A DNA stretch of 64,000 nt from Candidatus Babeliales bacterium. GTDB taxonomy: Bacteria; Babelota; Babeliae; Babelales; JANWKD01. The position numbers and the translations under genes are program-made. A model generated the notes under the pieces. It ran no database searches. It was given only the letters and a program-made list of their open reading frames with translations, and was not told the DNA's origin. The DNA is taken from contig CAVXJH010000006.1 in the NCBI GenBank assembly GCA_963762115.1, forward strand, positions 521,662 through 585,661, read 5' to 3'. This document shows positions 48,335 through 57,771 of the stretch, in pieces (the first letter of the stretch is position 1; each line of letters opens with the position of its first letter).

Positions 48335-51120
48335 AAAAATCAAATTTTAATCAAATAATTGAACATTTTTCATCTTTCGCTCCTGAAGTAAAAGGAAGAA
48401 AATTTGAAGTGCTTTGCAAGTGGTTTTTAGAAAATGATTTTACTTATTCAGAACAAATCAAAAAAGTTTGGCTTTGGCAGGAGTGGCCTGGTAACTGGGG
48501 CAGGGATAAGGGCATTGACCTTGTCGCAGAAACTTATAGCGGTGAATTATGGGCAATACAAGCAAAAGCTTATGATGAAAGTTATTACATAACAAAAGAA
48601 GACATCGATACATTTTTAAGTGAGTCTTCTCGTAAGGATTTTTCATTTCGTCTTTTAATTTCAACGACAAATAATATTGGCCCGAATTCTCGTGAAGTAC
48701 TCCTTGCTCAAGAAAAACGGGTTGGTCTTTGTCTTCGTGATAATTTAGAATTGTCTGATCTTGATTGGTCATTAATTCTAAAAAATTCAGGTGAAAAATT
48801 TAAACAAGATCCAAAAATCCCACGTAAACATCAAGAAGCTGCAATTAATGCCGTTATGAAGGGCTTTGAACAATCTTCTTATGGTCAGATTTATATGGCT
48901 TGCGGTACAGGGAAAAGTTTGATTGGTTTATGGTTAGCTGCAAAATTAAATGCCAAAAATATTCTTGTACTAGTCCCTTCTATTTCTTTAGTAGCTCAAT
49001 TATATAAAGAATGGTCGAGTAATGCTGGTGATTTTACTTTTGATCCTATTTTTGTGTGCTCAGATCCTACTGTAAGTAAAGCTAATGATGATTGTATGTC
49101 ATTTGATTCTATTGATCTTGGCTTTCCGGTTACCACTAATGTTGATGAAATTTTAACTCAATATTTTCGAAACACTTCTCGGTCAAAAATTATTTTTGCA
49201 ACGTATCATTCTTCTCCAATTATTGCTCAAGCATGTTCGCAAGAATTTTCTTTTGGTTTTGATCTTGCCATTGCTGATGAAGCCCATCGATGTGCTGGTG
49301 CTACAACGAGCGATTTGGCAACAATCGTGGATAAATCTGCTATTAGAACGAAGCATAAATTATTCATGACGGCGACGCCAAAAATATTTTCAAATCATGT
49401 TAAACAAAAGACACAAGAAATTGCTTATGAAATTGTTTCGATGGATGATGAAGAAAAATTTGGCCCAATATTTTATAAATTACCGTTTTCTGATGCCATA
49501 AAAAAAGGACTTTTGAGTGATTATCAAGTGCTTATTTCAGTTATGGATAATGCAACATATAGGGGATATGCAGAACGGGGACGGTTTGTGTCTTTTGAAA
49601 ATCATGAAATCGATGCTCGCACATTAGCGAGTCAACTTCTCATTGCAAAAGCTATAAAAAAATTTGATCTAAAAAAAGTCATTAGTTTTCATAGTCGTAC
49701 AAAGGCTGCAAAAGATTTTATTAAGACATTGCCAAAAGCATTACCATTATTACTTGAATCAGAAAAGCCTGTTATTGCATACCAAGCGATACTTTTTGGT
49801 GATATGCCACAATCAGAACGGCATAAAATTTTAAAGCAACTTGATGAAACATCTGATGGTGCAGCTTTAGTTGCTAATGTTAAATGCCTTTCTGAAGGAG
49901 TTGATGTTCCTTCTCTTGATGGTATTGTATTTGTTGAACCAAAAGGTTCTGAAATAGATATTATACAAGCAGTAGGTAGAGCAATCAGAAAATCTTCAGA
50001 CAAAACATTGGGAACTATCATTATTCCCTTGTTTGTTGATGGTATGTTAGATGAAAATCTTGCATTGGATCAATCTTGCTTTAGATCAATTGGAAAAGTA
50101 CTCAGGTCTCTTAGAGCACATGATGATATAATTGCAAAAGAGCTCGATAGCATACGTTTGGAATTAGGAAAAAAAGTTTATACAAGACCATCCAGGTCAA
50201 GTAAAATTTTTTTTGACATATCCATTGAACTTAGTAGTGACTTTAGCGAAACTTTAAAACTTAAGATTTTAGAAAATATTGTTGAACAATGTTCTTCTGA
50301 ATGGAATTATCAGTTTGAGTTACTTAGGGAATTTTATCGATTAAATAATAGATGGCCAGCTCAACACGAAGAGTTTCCTATTGAGAATAAGCTTGGCATG
50401 TGGTGTAGTTATCAGCGAACACTCTATAAGAAAAAATTTCTAAGAAATGAACAAATAAAAGTCTTAGATTCAATTGGGTTTGTTTGGGATTTATTAAGTG
50501 CTGTTTGGGAAGAAAATTTTTTATTATTAAATAGCTTTAAAAAAGTCAATGGTCATTGTAATGTTCCTGCAATATATTTTGAAAATCAAACACTTGCTAC
50601 ATGGGTATCTGTGCAACGCAGAGCATTTAAAAAGGGATTATTATCTCTAATGCAGTTAGAAAAGTTAAATTCGATTGGGTTTGTTTGGGACATATTAAGT
50701 GCTGTTTGGGAAGAAAATTTCTTATTATTGAATAGCTTTAAAGAAGCAAACGGGCATTGTAATGTTCCTGCAAGATATCTTGAAAATCAAATTTTGGCTA
50801 CATGGATTTGTACACAACGTTATGATTACAAGAAACATAGAATGTCTCAAGATCGTATTAACAAGCTTAATTCTATCGGATTTATTTGGGACTTGATTGA
50901 TAAGAGTTGGGAAAATAGTTTTTTCAAATTATGTAAATTCAAGGAAATCAACGGGCATTGCAATGTGCCAAAACGATATGCTAATGATCCTTCATTGGCT
51001 AGATGGGTAATGACGCAGCGAAAATCATATAAGGATGGAAAGTTATCTGAAAAGCGTATTAAAAAATTGAATGAAATATGTTTTCAATGGTATCAAAAAC
51101 GAGGAATCTCTAATATTTAG
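48331..51120 (+). CDS. Mrr-like nuclease + SF2 (ResIII/DEAH) helicase + four helicase-associated (HA) repeats
   Basis: GIDLVAE..WAIQAK; MACGTGKS; ADEAHR; MTATP; EGVDVP; QAVGRAIR; four W...GHCNVP..LA.W...QR..GF.W units (201-bp period at 50470/50671). Confidence 0.9.
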   Translation: MKKSNFNQIIEHFSSFAPEVKGRKFEVLCKWFLENDFTYSEQIKKVWLWQEWPGNWGRDKGIDLVAETYSGELWAIQAKAYDESYYITKEDIDTFLSESSRKDFSFRLLISTTNNIGPNSREVLLAQEKRVGLCLRDNLELSDLDWSLILKNSGEKFKQDPKIPRKHQEAAINAVMKGFEQSSYGQIYMACGTGKSLIGLWLAAKLNAKNILVLVPSISLVAQLYKEWSSNAGDFTFDPIFVCSDPTVSKANDDCMSFDSIDLGFPVTTNVDEILTQYFRNTSRSKIIFATYHSSPIIAQACSQEFSFGFDLAIADEAHRCAGATTSDLATIVDKSAIRTKHKLFMTATPKIFSNHVKQKTQEIAYEIVSMDDEEKFGPIFYKLPFSDAIKKGLLSDYQVLISVMDNATYRGYAERGRFVSFENHEIDARTLASQLLIAKAIKKFDLKKVISFHSRTKAAKDFIKTLPKALPLLLESEKPVIAYQAILFGDMPQSERHKILKQLDETSDGAALVANVKCLSEGVDVPSLDGIVFVEPKGSEIDIIQAVGRAIRKSSDKTLGTIIIPLFVDGMLDENLALDQSCFRSIGKVLRSLRAHDDIIAKELDSIRLELGKKVYTRPSRSSKIFFDISIELSSDFSETLKLKILENIVEQCSSEWNYQFELLREFYRLNNRWPAQHEEFPIENKLGMWCSYQRTLYKKKFLRNEQIKVLDSIGFVWDLLSAVWEENFLLLNSFKKVNGHCNVPAIYFENQTLATWVSVQRRAFKKGLLSLMQLEKLNSIGFVWDILSAVWEENFLLLNSFKEANGHCNVPARYLENQILATWICTQRYDYKKHRMSQDRINKLNSIGFIWDLIDKSWENSFFKLCKFKEINGHCNVPKRYANDPSLARWVMTQRKSYKDGKLSEKRIKKLNEICFQWYQKRGISNI

Positions 51121-51147
51121 TTCTTGGTGTTTAAATAAAGGCGTTGA

Positions 51148-52230
51148 ATGGATAATGCAAAGACTAAGGAATATTTTTTTGATGGGGCTTCATATCAACC
51201 AACAATTATTGGGGAAGTTGATGAATTAATCGAAAAAATAGAATTATTAAAAACAAAATTTCCTTATGTCGCAAAGTTTTTTTTAATAATTTTAGAGAAA
51301 AATTTATCTAAAAATTTTTCATTAGAAGATTGGTTAATTGTTACGCCTTATATGCTTGTATGGCAAGAAAATAATGAAAAATTAAGTTGGTTTGAAAGGC
51401 TTTTTACCGAGTTTGCCGATATTTATGAGGAAGAGTGGGATAAATGGGTTCATGAAATTGTTCAAAAAGATAGTACGACACATGCGATTTACGATCGTAT
51501 TTATAGTTATCTATTACATTTATATGCAGCGATATATTTAGTTAGACAAGGTTTTACAAATATTCAATTTCCTCCTCATTCCCAAGAAAAAGGTGTTGAT
51601 ATTGTAGCTTTTTTTAATGAACAAACTTTTGCTATAGAATGTAAATTTGTAAAAACTTCTAAAAAATTTGATTCTTTTTTTTGGAGAGCAAACCGTGCTT
51701 TTAGGGATTGTACTTTAGGTAATGATTTTTATGAATTTACTAAGCACTTATTAATTAGCAAAAATTTTATATTTCCTCCTGGAGAAGAAATAAGAAGTCT
51801 TTCTCCTTTGCATTGTACTGCTATTAAATTTTTAATTAAAGAAGTTTATAAAGATCCTTTTGCGCAACATAATATGTCTTTTAAAGATGAGGATGAACAA
51901 ATTTTAACCTATAAATATAGTCCATCATTACCTGTGGCATCTCTTGATTTTGAACAAGAATATGCTGATAAAAAAGCATTATACCTTTTTGACATCATTT
52001 TATCTGCTACTTTAGATAAAGCGGTAAAGCAGCTTAATGATTTGAAATATAGCAATCATAGAAAAATTATTTTTTTAGGTATTCAATTAGATGAATTGTT
52101 TTTGATTGATTGGACTTATCCATCAATAGAAGAAAGAAAATTATTAGCTAAATTAAAAATGCATTATAAGCATAATATAAAAATAATATTTAGCGAAGAT
52201 GTAGGTTTTTCTATGGCTAGATATCTTTAA
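51148..52230 (+). CDS. Putative PD-(D/E)xK nuclease
   Basis: KGVDIVAFFNEQTFAIECK motif; KAVKQL helix. Confidence 0.6.
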   Translation: MDNAKTKEYFFDGASYQPTIIGEVDELIEKIELLKTKFPYVAKFFLIILEKNLSKNFSLEDWLIVTPYMLVWQENNEKLSWFERLFTEFADIYEEEWDKWVHEIVQKDSTTHAIYDRIYSYLLHLYAAIYLVRQGFTNIQFPPHSQEKGVDIVAFFNEQTFAIECKFVKTSKKFDSFFWRANRAFRDCTLGNDFYEFTKHLLISKNFIFPPGEEIRSLSPLHCTAIKFLIKEVYKDPFAQHNMSFKDEDEQILTYKYSPSLPVASLDFEQEYADKKALYLFDIILSATLDKAVKQLNDLKYSNHRKIIFLGIQLDELFLIDWTYPSIEERKLLAKLKMHYKHNIKIIFSEDVGFSMARYL

Positions 52231-52242
52231 AAAGCGAATTAG

Positions 52243-52278
52243 GCCTTCGGCAGAGTAGGGTGAAGCCCGCCGGAGGCA
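52243..52278. terminator. GC-rich hairpin between convergent units
   Basis: gccttcggc...gccggaggc followed by a T-run. Confidence 0.55.
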
Positions 52279-52283
52279 TTTTT

Positions 52284-52479
52284 TTAACACATCTCTTCAC
52301 ATTTCTCATTCAATGCTTCTTGCTGCAATTGCATAGCCTTTTCAAGGAGCCGCTCTTTATCTGCTTTTAAATCATTTTTGCCATCAAGGTAGGTTGAAAC
52401 GATTGTCTTTAAGTCCATAGAAATGTTCATGATTGTTCGCTTTTCACGCGTTTCAGTGACATGAATGAGTGTAATGCTG
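52284..52479 (-). pseudogene. sbcD: Duplicated 3' end of sbcD (196 nt)
   Basis: Collinear with 54438..54633, stop codon in the same position; ends EALNEKCEEMC* vs EALNEDLEETS*. Confidence 0.92.
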
Positions 52480-52536
52480 TCAATTCATACATTACGTATG
52501 TTAAAGCCGCAAGAAGCAAGGCATGTTGGTGATTAA
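52480..52536 (+). pseudogene. Duplicated 3' end of the SurA-like gene
   Basis: KPQEARHVGD* vs KPQEARHICD* at 46136..46168. Confidence 0.8.
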
Positions 52537-54305
52537 TTACTGCCAAATACTTGTATCGCCGTTCCTGATTCTATTTGTGGAATAGCAAGTGCTTTTTCAA
52601 TATTTTTAATTGATATTTGTTCAATTTCATTGTTGGCAAAAATATGCGGTGGTTGATGATTTTTTGTTATAAAGTCTATGAACTCTGAACGTTGTTGTTT
52701 TTTTCGTTGCATTGCAAAAATTTTCAATGCTAATTGAGTTCGTTTCATAGCAGCTTGTGTTCTAGAGTATTGGAAAATATTCTTATTAATTTGATTATCT
52801 GTTCCGGCTAGAATTTCTTCTGTTAGGTTTCTTTGATGTGTTATGCTTAGAAGGCGCTTGAACCTATGAGAGAAAAATTCAGGATCTATTAGATTTTTTT
52901 TGTAATATTTCTCAATTTTTGTAAGGGTTATAGATATCGTTTTTGGATCATTATACCCTTTATCTTGTAAATGAGTTTCATCTAGAAAATTACTATCAAA
53001 AGGTTTATTGTTATTTAATTGTGGTTTAATATGATTCTTAATGAAATATTTCGCAGCTTTTTTTGGATCAATATTTTTTTGAATTAGAGATTGTATTATT
53101 TCTTGCTGATCAGGAGAAAATGTTGTTAAAATAGGATCTTTAGTTAATTCGATTAGACGACCTGTTTTCCAATTTTTTGTTGCATTATCTTTTGTTGCAT
53201 TATCTAATGATAATTTAAATAGTATTTGATCTGCATTAATGTTTTCTTTTCTTGAAAAAGTATTTTTTGGTTCGGTTGTAGCGTCCCATTCTCTTAGCCA
53301 ATCCTTAATAAGTTCTGAGTGTGAAGAAGAAAGTTTCTTAATTAATTTTTCTAATTCTGAGATAGTGCCGCTTGCTCTTTTTTCTTCAAGATCTTTTTTT
53401 ACAACATCTTTACAAATACTAACGAGGCTTTGAAGTCCATAAGGAATCTCTTTAAGTGTTTTAAGCTCTCTTTTCTCTTCTTCTGAAAATAGAGTTCCTT
53501 TGTATTTTCTTGATTTATTCTGTGGATGTGAAGGGTCTCCTTTTAAGGCTCGAAAACAAAATATGTCATGAGGGGTGATAGTTCCTGCTTTTATTAACAA
53601 TCTTAGTTGCAACTTAACTTCATCAATATAAAATTGTAAAAATTCATTTTTTATTGTTTCATCGTTGTTGCAACGGAAAAACTCACCATCTCTTTTTGGT
53701 GCAGTTGGAATTTCTTGATTTTGAACAATTGGATCAAAGATCTTAGCAATATGTTCAGGTTTTTTTTTTAAGAGGAATGCAACATTGTCACTTATTAAAA
53801 TCTTTAGGATCTTTATTAAACCATTGCCATTACCAGGATAGTTACTTTCTTTCGCAGAGTTACGCATATTAACTTCTTGCTCATTTATAAATACGATTTG
53901 TTCAATGACTAAGCGATGAATTTCATCAATCATCTCTTGATCGTAACCTTGAGATTCTAATGACTCTTTTTCTAGTATAGCTTCAAAATTGCCACAATTA
54001 CCTATGAGACTCGGCATATTTAGTTCATAAAATGCATTCGCAATTTTTTGATCGATTTCTTTTTTAAGTCTTTTTTGTTCTTGAGGATCAAATGTTGCTA
54101 ATCGCGCATCAGTTTTTAGCTGTTGCAGTTTGCTTTTATCAAAAAAATACCAGTCATGTCTTGAAGCAGCTTTTAATGATTCCTCAAATTCTTTTTGGTC
54201 TTGTGATTTTTGACTTGAACTTTCCTGTTCAAATGTATGTTCTTCTTCCATGCCATAGAGCATTAAAGGCATTAAAAAAAGTAAAACGAGTAATTTTTTA
54301 TTCAT
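52533..54305 (-). CDS. Secreted helical protein with internal BC-box-like motif
   Basis: Signal ...MLYG|ME; LQSLVSICKDVV; C-terminus GTAIQVFGSN resembles GMAIKVFGNN of 46165..47364. Confidence 0.75.
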   Translation of the reverse strand: MNKKLLVLLFLMPLMLYGMEEEHTFEQESSSQKSQDQKEFEESLKAASRHDWYFFDKSKLQQLKTDARLATFDPQEQKRLKKEIDQKIANAFYELNMPSLIGNCGNFEAILEKESLESQGYDQEMIDEIHRLVIEQIVFINEQEVNMRNSAKESNYPGNGNGLIKILKILISDNVAFLLKKKPEHIAKIFDPIVQNQEIPTAPKRDGEFFRCNNDETIKNEFLQFYIDEVKLQLRLLIKAGTITPHDIFCFRALKGDPSHPQNKSRKYKGTLFSEEEKRELKTLKEIPYGLQSLVSICKDVVKKDLEEKRASGTISELEKLIKKLSSSHSELIKDWLREWDATTEPKNTFSRKENINADQILFKLSLDNATKDNATKNWKTGRLIELTKDPILTTFSPDQQEIIQSLIQKNIDPKKAAKYFIKNHIKPQLNNNKPFDSNFLDETHLQDKGYNDPKTISITLTKIEKYYKKNLIDPEFFSHRFKRLLSITHQRNLTEEILAGTDNQINKNIFQYSRTQAAMKRTQLALKIFAMQRKKQQRSEFIDFITKNHQPPHIFANNEIEQISIKNIEKALAIPQIESGTAIQVFGSN

Positions 54306-54437
54306 ATTGTAACTTTTATTTTATTAATTATTTAATCTATTTAAAGCTAAGTTTCATAATAGAATATAAAGCAAAAAATAAAACTATTCAAGGCGCAAGG
54401 GCTTTTAAGGGTGAAAATAGACAAAAAAAGGGGGCTA

Positions 54438-55682
54438 TTAAGAAGTTTCTTCCAGATCTTCATTTAAGGCTTCTTGCTGCAATTGCATAGCCTTTTCAAG
54501 GAGCCGCTCTTTATCTGCTTTTAAATCATTTTTGCCATCAAGATAGGTTGAAACGATTGTCTTTAAGTCCATAGAAATGTTCATGATTGTTCGCTTTTCA
54601 CGCGTTTCAGGAACATGAATGGGAGTAATGCTGACTAAGTGCATAGCCGATGAGCATGCTTGTAAAATAGCCTGCAAATTTACGGTATCTTTTTTGTGCA
54701 AGGGAACGTGATATAGAATTTTTACAACCGCATTATCAATATGATGTTTTTTGATTTCATTAAGCAGCTGAGTGGTTTGATCGCTCTCTTCTTTGAGTTT
54801 TACTTCGATTTGAATAAAGGGCCGTGTGGGTGTTTTGATGAATTCATGATGGGTTGTTCCTTTTTTTTCAATGGTGACCGAGCAAAAACCTTTTTCTTCT
54901 TTTCGTTCGCCAAAATCAATGCGTTCTGGTGAACCGGAATAGACAATTGCCGGATAGCCGTTTGGATTTAAGTTTTGATAACGATGTAAATGACCAAGGC
55001 CAACATAATCAAAGGGTTGTATGGCTAATTGTGAAGGTAACAATACAGGATCATTACCATAAATTGCCCGTTTTTCAGAGCCGGAAAAAATACCGGAGCT
55101 CACGGTGAGATGGCCAGCAAGAACGGCAGGAATTGAATGATCAAGCTGATTGGCAAAATGTTGCACAATTGAACTGACCGATGCTGCAATATGTTCTGTC
55201 AATACGGTAGCAGATTTATAAGCATGCATTGCAGAAATGGCAATATTAGAACGACTGGGCCATGGAATGCCGACAATTTGCACAGGACCACTTTTTGTTT
55301 CCAAGGTTATGGCAGCAGGCTTTGCCATAACATGAAATCCATGCAGGGGTAGATCGCTGAACAGATCTAGCGTGTTTGCTTTGCCAAAACTAAGAGGGTT
55401 ATCGTGATTGCCAACAATGATAACGAGCGGTATGTTAGCTTGTTGCAGGCGTAAAAAACATTTAAGGAGTAGCCGTTGTTGTGTTGGCGTTGGATTAATT
55501 GTTTTATAGGCATCACCAGAAAAAAGAAAAAAATCTACCTTTTCCTTGAGTGCATAATCGATACAAAAATCCAAAGCTTTTTGAAAATCTAACAGTCGTG
55601 TGTGAATGCCGGTTGCGGGATCAATTTTGCCATAGTTCTCCATGCCAAAATGAATATCGGCTGTGTGTATAAATCGTATCAT
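54438..55682 (-). CDS. sbcD: SbcD/Mre11-family nuclease subunit
   Basis: HTADIHFG, SGDAY, VGNHD, YVGLGHLH, YSGSPERIDFGE. Confidence 0.95.
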   Translation of the reverse strand: MIRFIHTADIHFGMENYGKIDPATGIHTRLLDFQKALDFCIDYALKEKVDFFLFSGDAYKTINPTPTQQRLLLKCFLRLQQANIPLVIIVGNHDNPLSFGKANTLDLFSDLPLHGFHVMAKPAAITLETKSGPVQIVGIPWPSRSNIAISAMHAYKSATVLTEHIAASVSSIVQHFANQLDHSIPAVLAGHLTVSSGIFSGSEKRAIYGNDPVLLPSQLAIQPFDYVGLGHLHRYQNLNPNGYPAIVYSGSPERIDFGERKEEKGFCSVTIEKKGTTHHEFIKTPTRPFIQIEVKLKEESDQTTQLLNEIKKHHIDNAVVKILYHVPLHKKDTVNLQAILQACSSAMHLVSITPIHVPETREKRTIMNISMDLKTIVSTYLDGKNDLKADKERLLEKAMQLQQEALNEDLEETS

Positions 55683-57145
55683 GTTCCTTCAGTGATGCTT
55701 GAGGTATCATTTGTTTTTAAGGCAGCGATAAAAGGTATTTCTTTTGTTGCTGTATTTTCATCTGCTAATTTTTCTTTGAGCTTTTGCGCGTATCCCTCTT
55801 TGTTAACTTGGAGTGGACGTGCAATTGCTAATGCGCCTTGAGGCACATTTTTGGTAATGACAGATCCTGCGGCTGTATAACTATTTTTCTCAATAGTTAA
55901 CGGTGCAACCAAGGTATTGTTACTACCAATAAAACAATTATCATTAATAAAGGTTGTGTGTTTTTTGACACCGTCATAGTTGCAAGTAATGGTGCCAGCA
56001 CCGATGTTCACGTTGGTGCCAACTTCGCTATCTCCAAGATAAGCAAGATGCTTTGCTTTTGAGTGTGCACCAATTTTGCTGTTCTTAACATGAACAAAAT
56101 TACCAATGAGAGAATGATCGTTAAGAATGCTCTTTTTTTCAATGTGGGCAAAAGGGCCAACAGCACAGTGTTCACCAAGTGTTGAATCATTGATAATGGA
56201 ATGAGAATATACCGTTGTGTTATCAGCAATATATGAATTGTTGATAATTGAAAAGCTTTCAATAATGCAATTGGATCCTACTTGAGCGTTGTTAATGATA
56301 TGTACGCCATTACCAATATAAGAACCTTGTCCAATAGTGACATTAATATCAATATGAACATTTTGCGCTGCATAAAAGCGAACACCTTGACTCATATATT
56401 TGGAAATTAATTCTGAGCGTTTGATTTGTTCAACGGTCCATAATTCTTTGAAATCGTTCACACCGCGAATGGCATCAAAAGATACTTTGCTTGTTTTAAC
56501 AACTTCTTCTTTATCACTGGCGATTTTAATTAAATCGGTCAGATAAAATTCATGAGTCAGCTTGCTTGCTTCAAGGTCGTGGATGCTTGCTTTAAGAAAT
56601 TCTTTTTTAATAATATAAATGCCTGCATTCACACAACAATGTTCATGGGTGTCGCCGTGAAATTCTTTAGGTTCAATAATGCGATACATATGATCTTCTT
56701 GTATAACGCGTCCATAACCGGTAATTGAAGGATCGGCGTTATGGGCGGTAACAAAGGTAATGCTTGCATTGCTGTCATAATGTTTTTGAATTAATTGTTC
56801 AATAATGTCGGCAGTTATGAGTGGCATATCGCCATTCAAAATGAGGAGATTGTCACTATGCCATGTTTCTTGGGTGCATAATAACGCGTGTCCTGTGCCT
56901 TTTTGTTCTTCTTGTACAACGAAATTAATGGTGTTGCCATGTTTTTTGGTGATACATTCTTTTACGGTGTTTCCTTCGTAGCCAATGAGTACGGTGGTTG
57001 GAATTGCCAACTGTTCAAGGAGTGTTGTTGCATAAAGAACCATTTCTTGGCCACAAATTTTTTCAACTAATTTTGTTTTACCTGTTTTGAAGCGTGTTGA
57101 ACGGCCGCCAGCTAAAAGTATCGCTTGTAGGCTCTTTTCTAGCAT
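55679..57145 (-). CDS. glmU: Bifunctional GlmU
   Basis: LAGGRSTR, QEEQKGTGHA, NGDMPL, EFYLTD, HLAYLGD, GAGTITCNYDG. Confidence 0.96.
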   Translation of the reverse strand: MLEKSLQAILLAGGRSTRFKTGKTKLVEKICGQEMVLYATTLLEQLAIPTTVLIGYEGNTVKECITKKHGNTINFVVQEEQKGTGHALLCTQETWHSDNLLILNGDMPLITADIIEQLIQKHYDSNASITFVTAHNADPSITGYGRVIQEDHMYRIIEPKEFHGDTHEHCCVNAGIYIIKKEFLKASIHDLEASKLTHEFYLTDLIKIASDKEEVVKTSKVSFDAIRGVNDFKELWTVEQIKRSELISKYMSQGVRFYAAQNVHIDINVTIGQGSYIGNGVHIINNAQVGSNCIIESFSIINNSYIADNTTVYSHSIINDSTLGEHCAVGPFAHIEKKSILNDHSLIGNFVHVKNSKIGAHSKAKHLAYLGDSEVGTNVNIGAGTITCNYDGVKKHTTFINDNCFIGSNNTLVAPLTIEKNSYTAAGSVITKNVPQGALAIARPLQVNKEGYAQKLKEKLADENTATKEIPFIAALKTNDTSSITEGT

Positions 57146-57351
57146 GAAATCTCCTTTATCGAGTAATTGTTTTGACAGAAGTAGCTTAGACGAGCCTAAG
57201 GCGTATTGTCAATTATGTTTAGAAAAACTTCTCAAAAAAACAGAATCCTTTATTATTAGATAAACTTAGAGAAGTATAATAATTTGCGTGTAAAAAAAAA
57301 GTATCGATCATGTTGATTGCAAGGGTTATTAGTTAGTAAATGTTAGTTAAC

Positions 57352-57442
57352 GGAGAGATGGCTGAGTGGTCTAAAGCGGCCGCCTCGAAAGCGGTTATTC
57401 CATGCATAATGGAATCGGGGGTTCGAATCCCCCTCTCCTCCA
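57352..57442 (+). tRNA. tRNA-Ser (anticodon CGA), long variable arm
   Basis: GGAGAGATGGCTGAGTGGTCTAAAGC; anticodon arm GCCGC-CTCGAAA-GCGGT; GGGGG-TTCGAAT-CCCCC; the 3' acceptor strand has one extra C. Confidence 0.92.
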
Positions 57443-57684
57443 GCTTTCGCTAAAGCTTCAGCTGGCGGGCCATTTTTTTAAATGAGTGATTGAAAGATAT
57501 AAATAGAAAAATGAAAGCGAAAGCTGTCCGCCGAAGCTCCTAAAGGAGCGTAGGAGGACATATACGCCTGGCACGGCCATGAATAGGAATTTAGAAATGT
57601 TAATTAATAAACGAAGACTGTCCGGTATAGCTTGTTTTAGCGAAGCAGTTGATATTCTATAAGTGAAAAGCGACGACGGACATA
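57443..57684. repeat. Cluster of REP-like GC-rich palindromic units
   Basis: Two ctgtcc...agc..gc...ggacata units (~57514, ~57609) and two ctggc..ggccat units. Confidence 0.55.
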
Positions 57685-57771
57685 ACGTTGGCAGCAGATT
57701 TTTTTGAAATTTGAAAATAAGGTAGCAGCGTATTTGAAGCTGTCATAACATCAAGAGGCAAGGTTTTTTGT

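Noticed and set aside
50290..51090. ~201-bp tandem repeats as a possible CRISPR or mobile array
   Set aside because: They are in-frame protein (HA) repeats with no spacer structure and no cas genes.
54438..55682. sbcD as part of the nuclease-helicase defence island
   Set aside because: It is coupled to glmU as a core gene; only its duplicated 3' fragment borders the island. sbcC may lie elsewhere.
57352..57771. Prophage or integrative element at tRNA-Ser
   Set aside because: No integrase and no second copy of the tRNA 3' end in the window.
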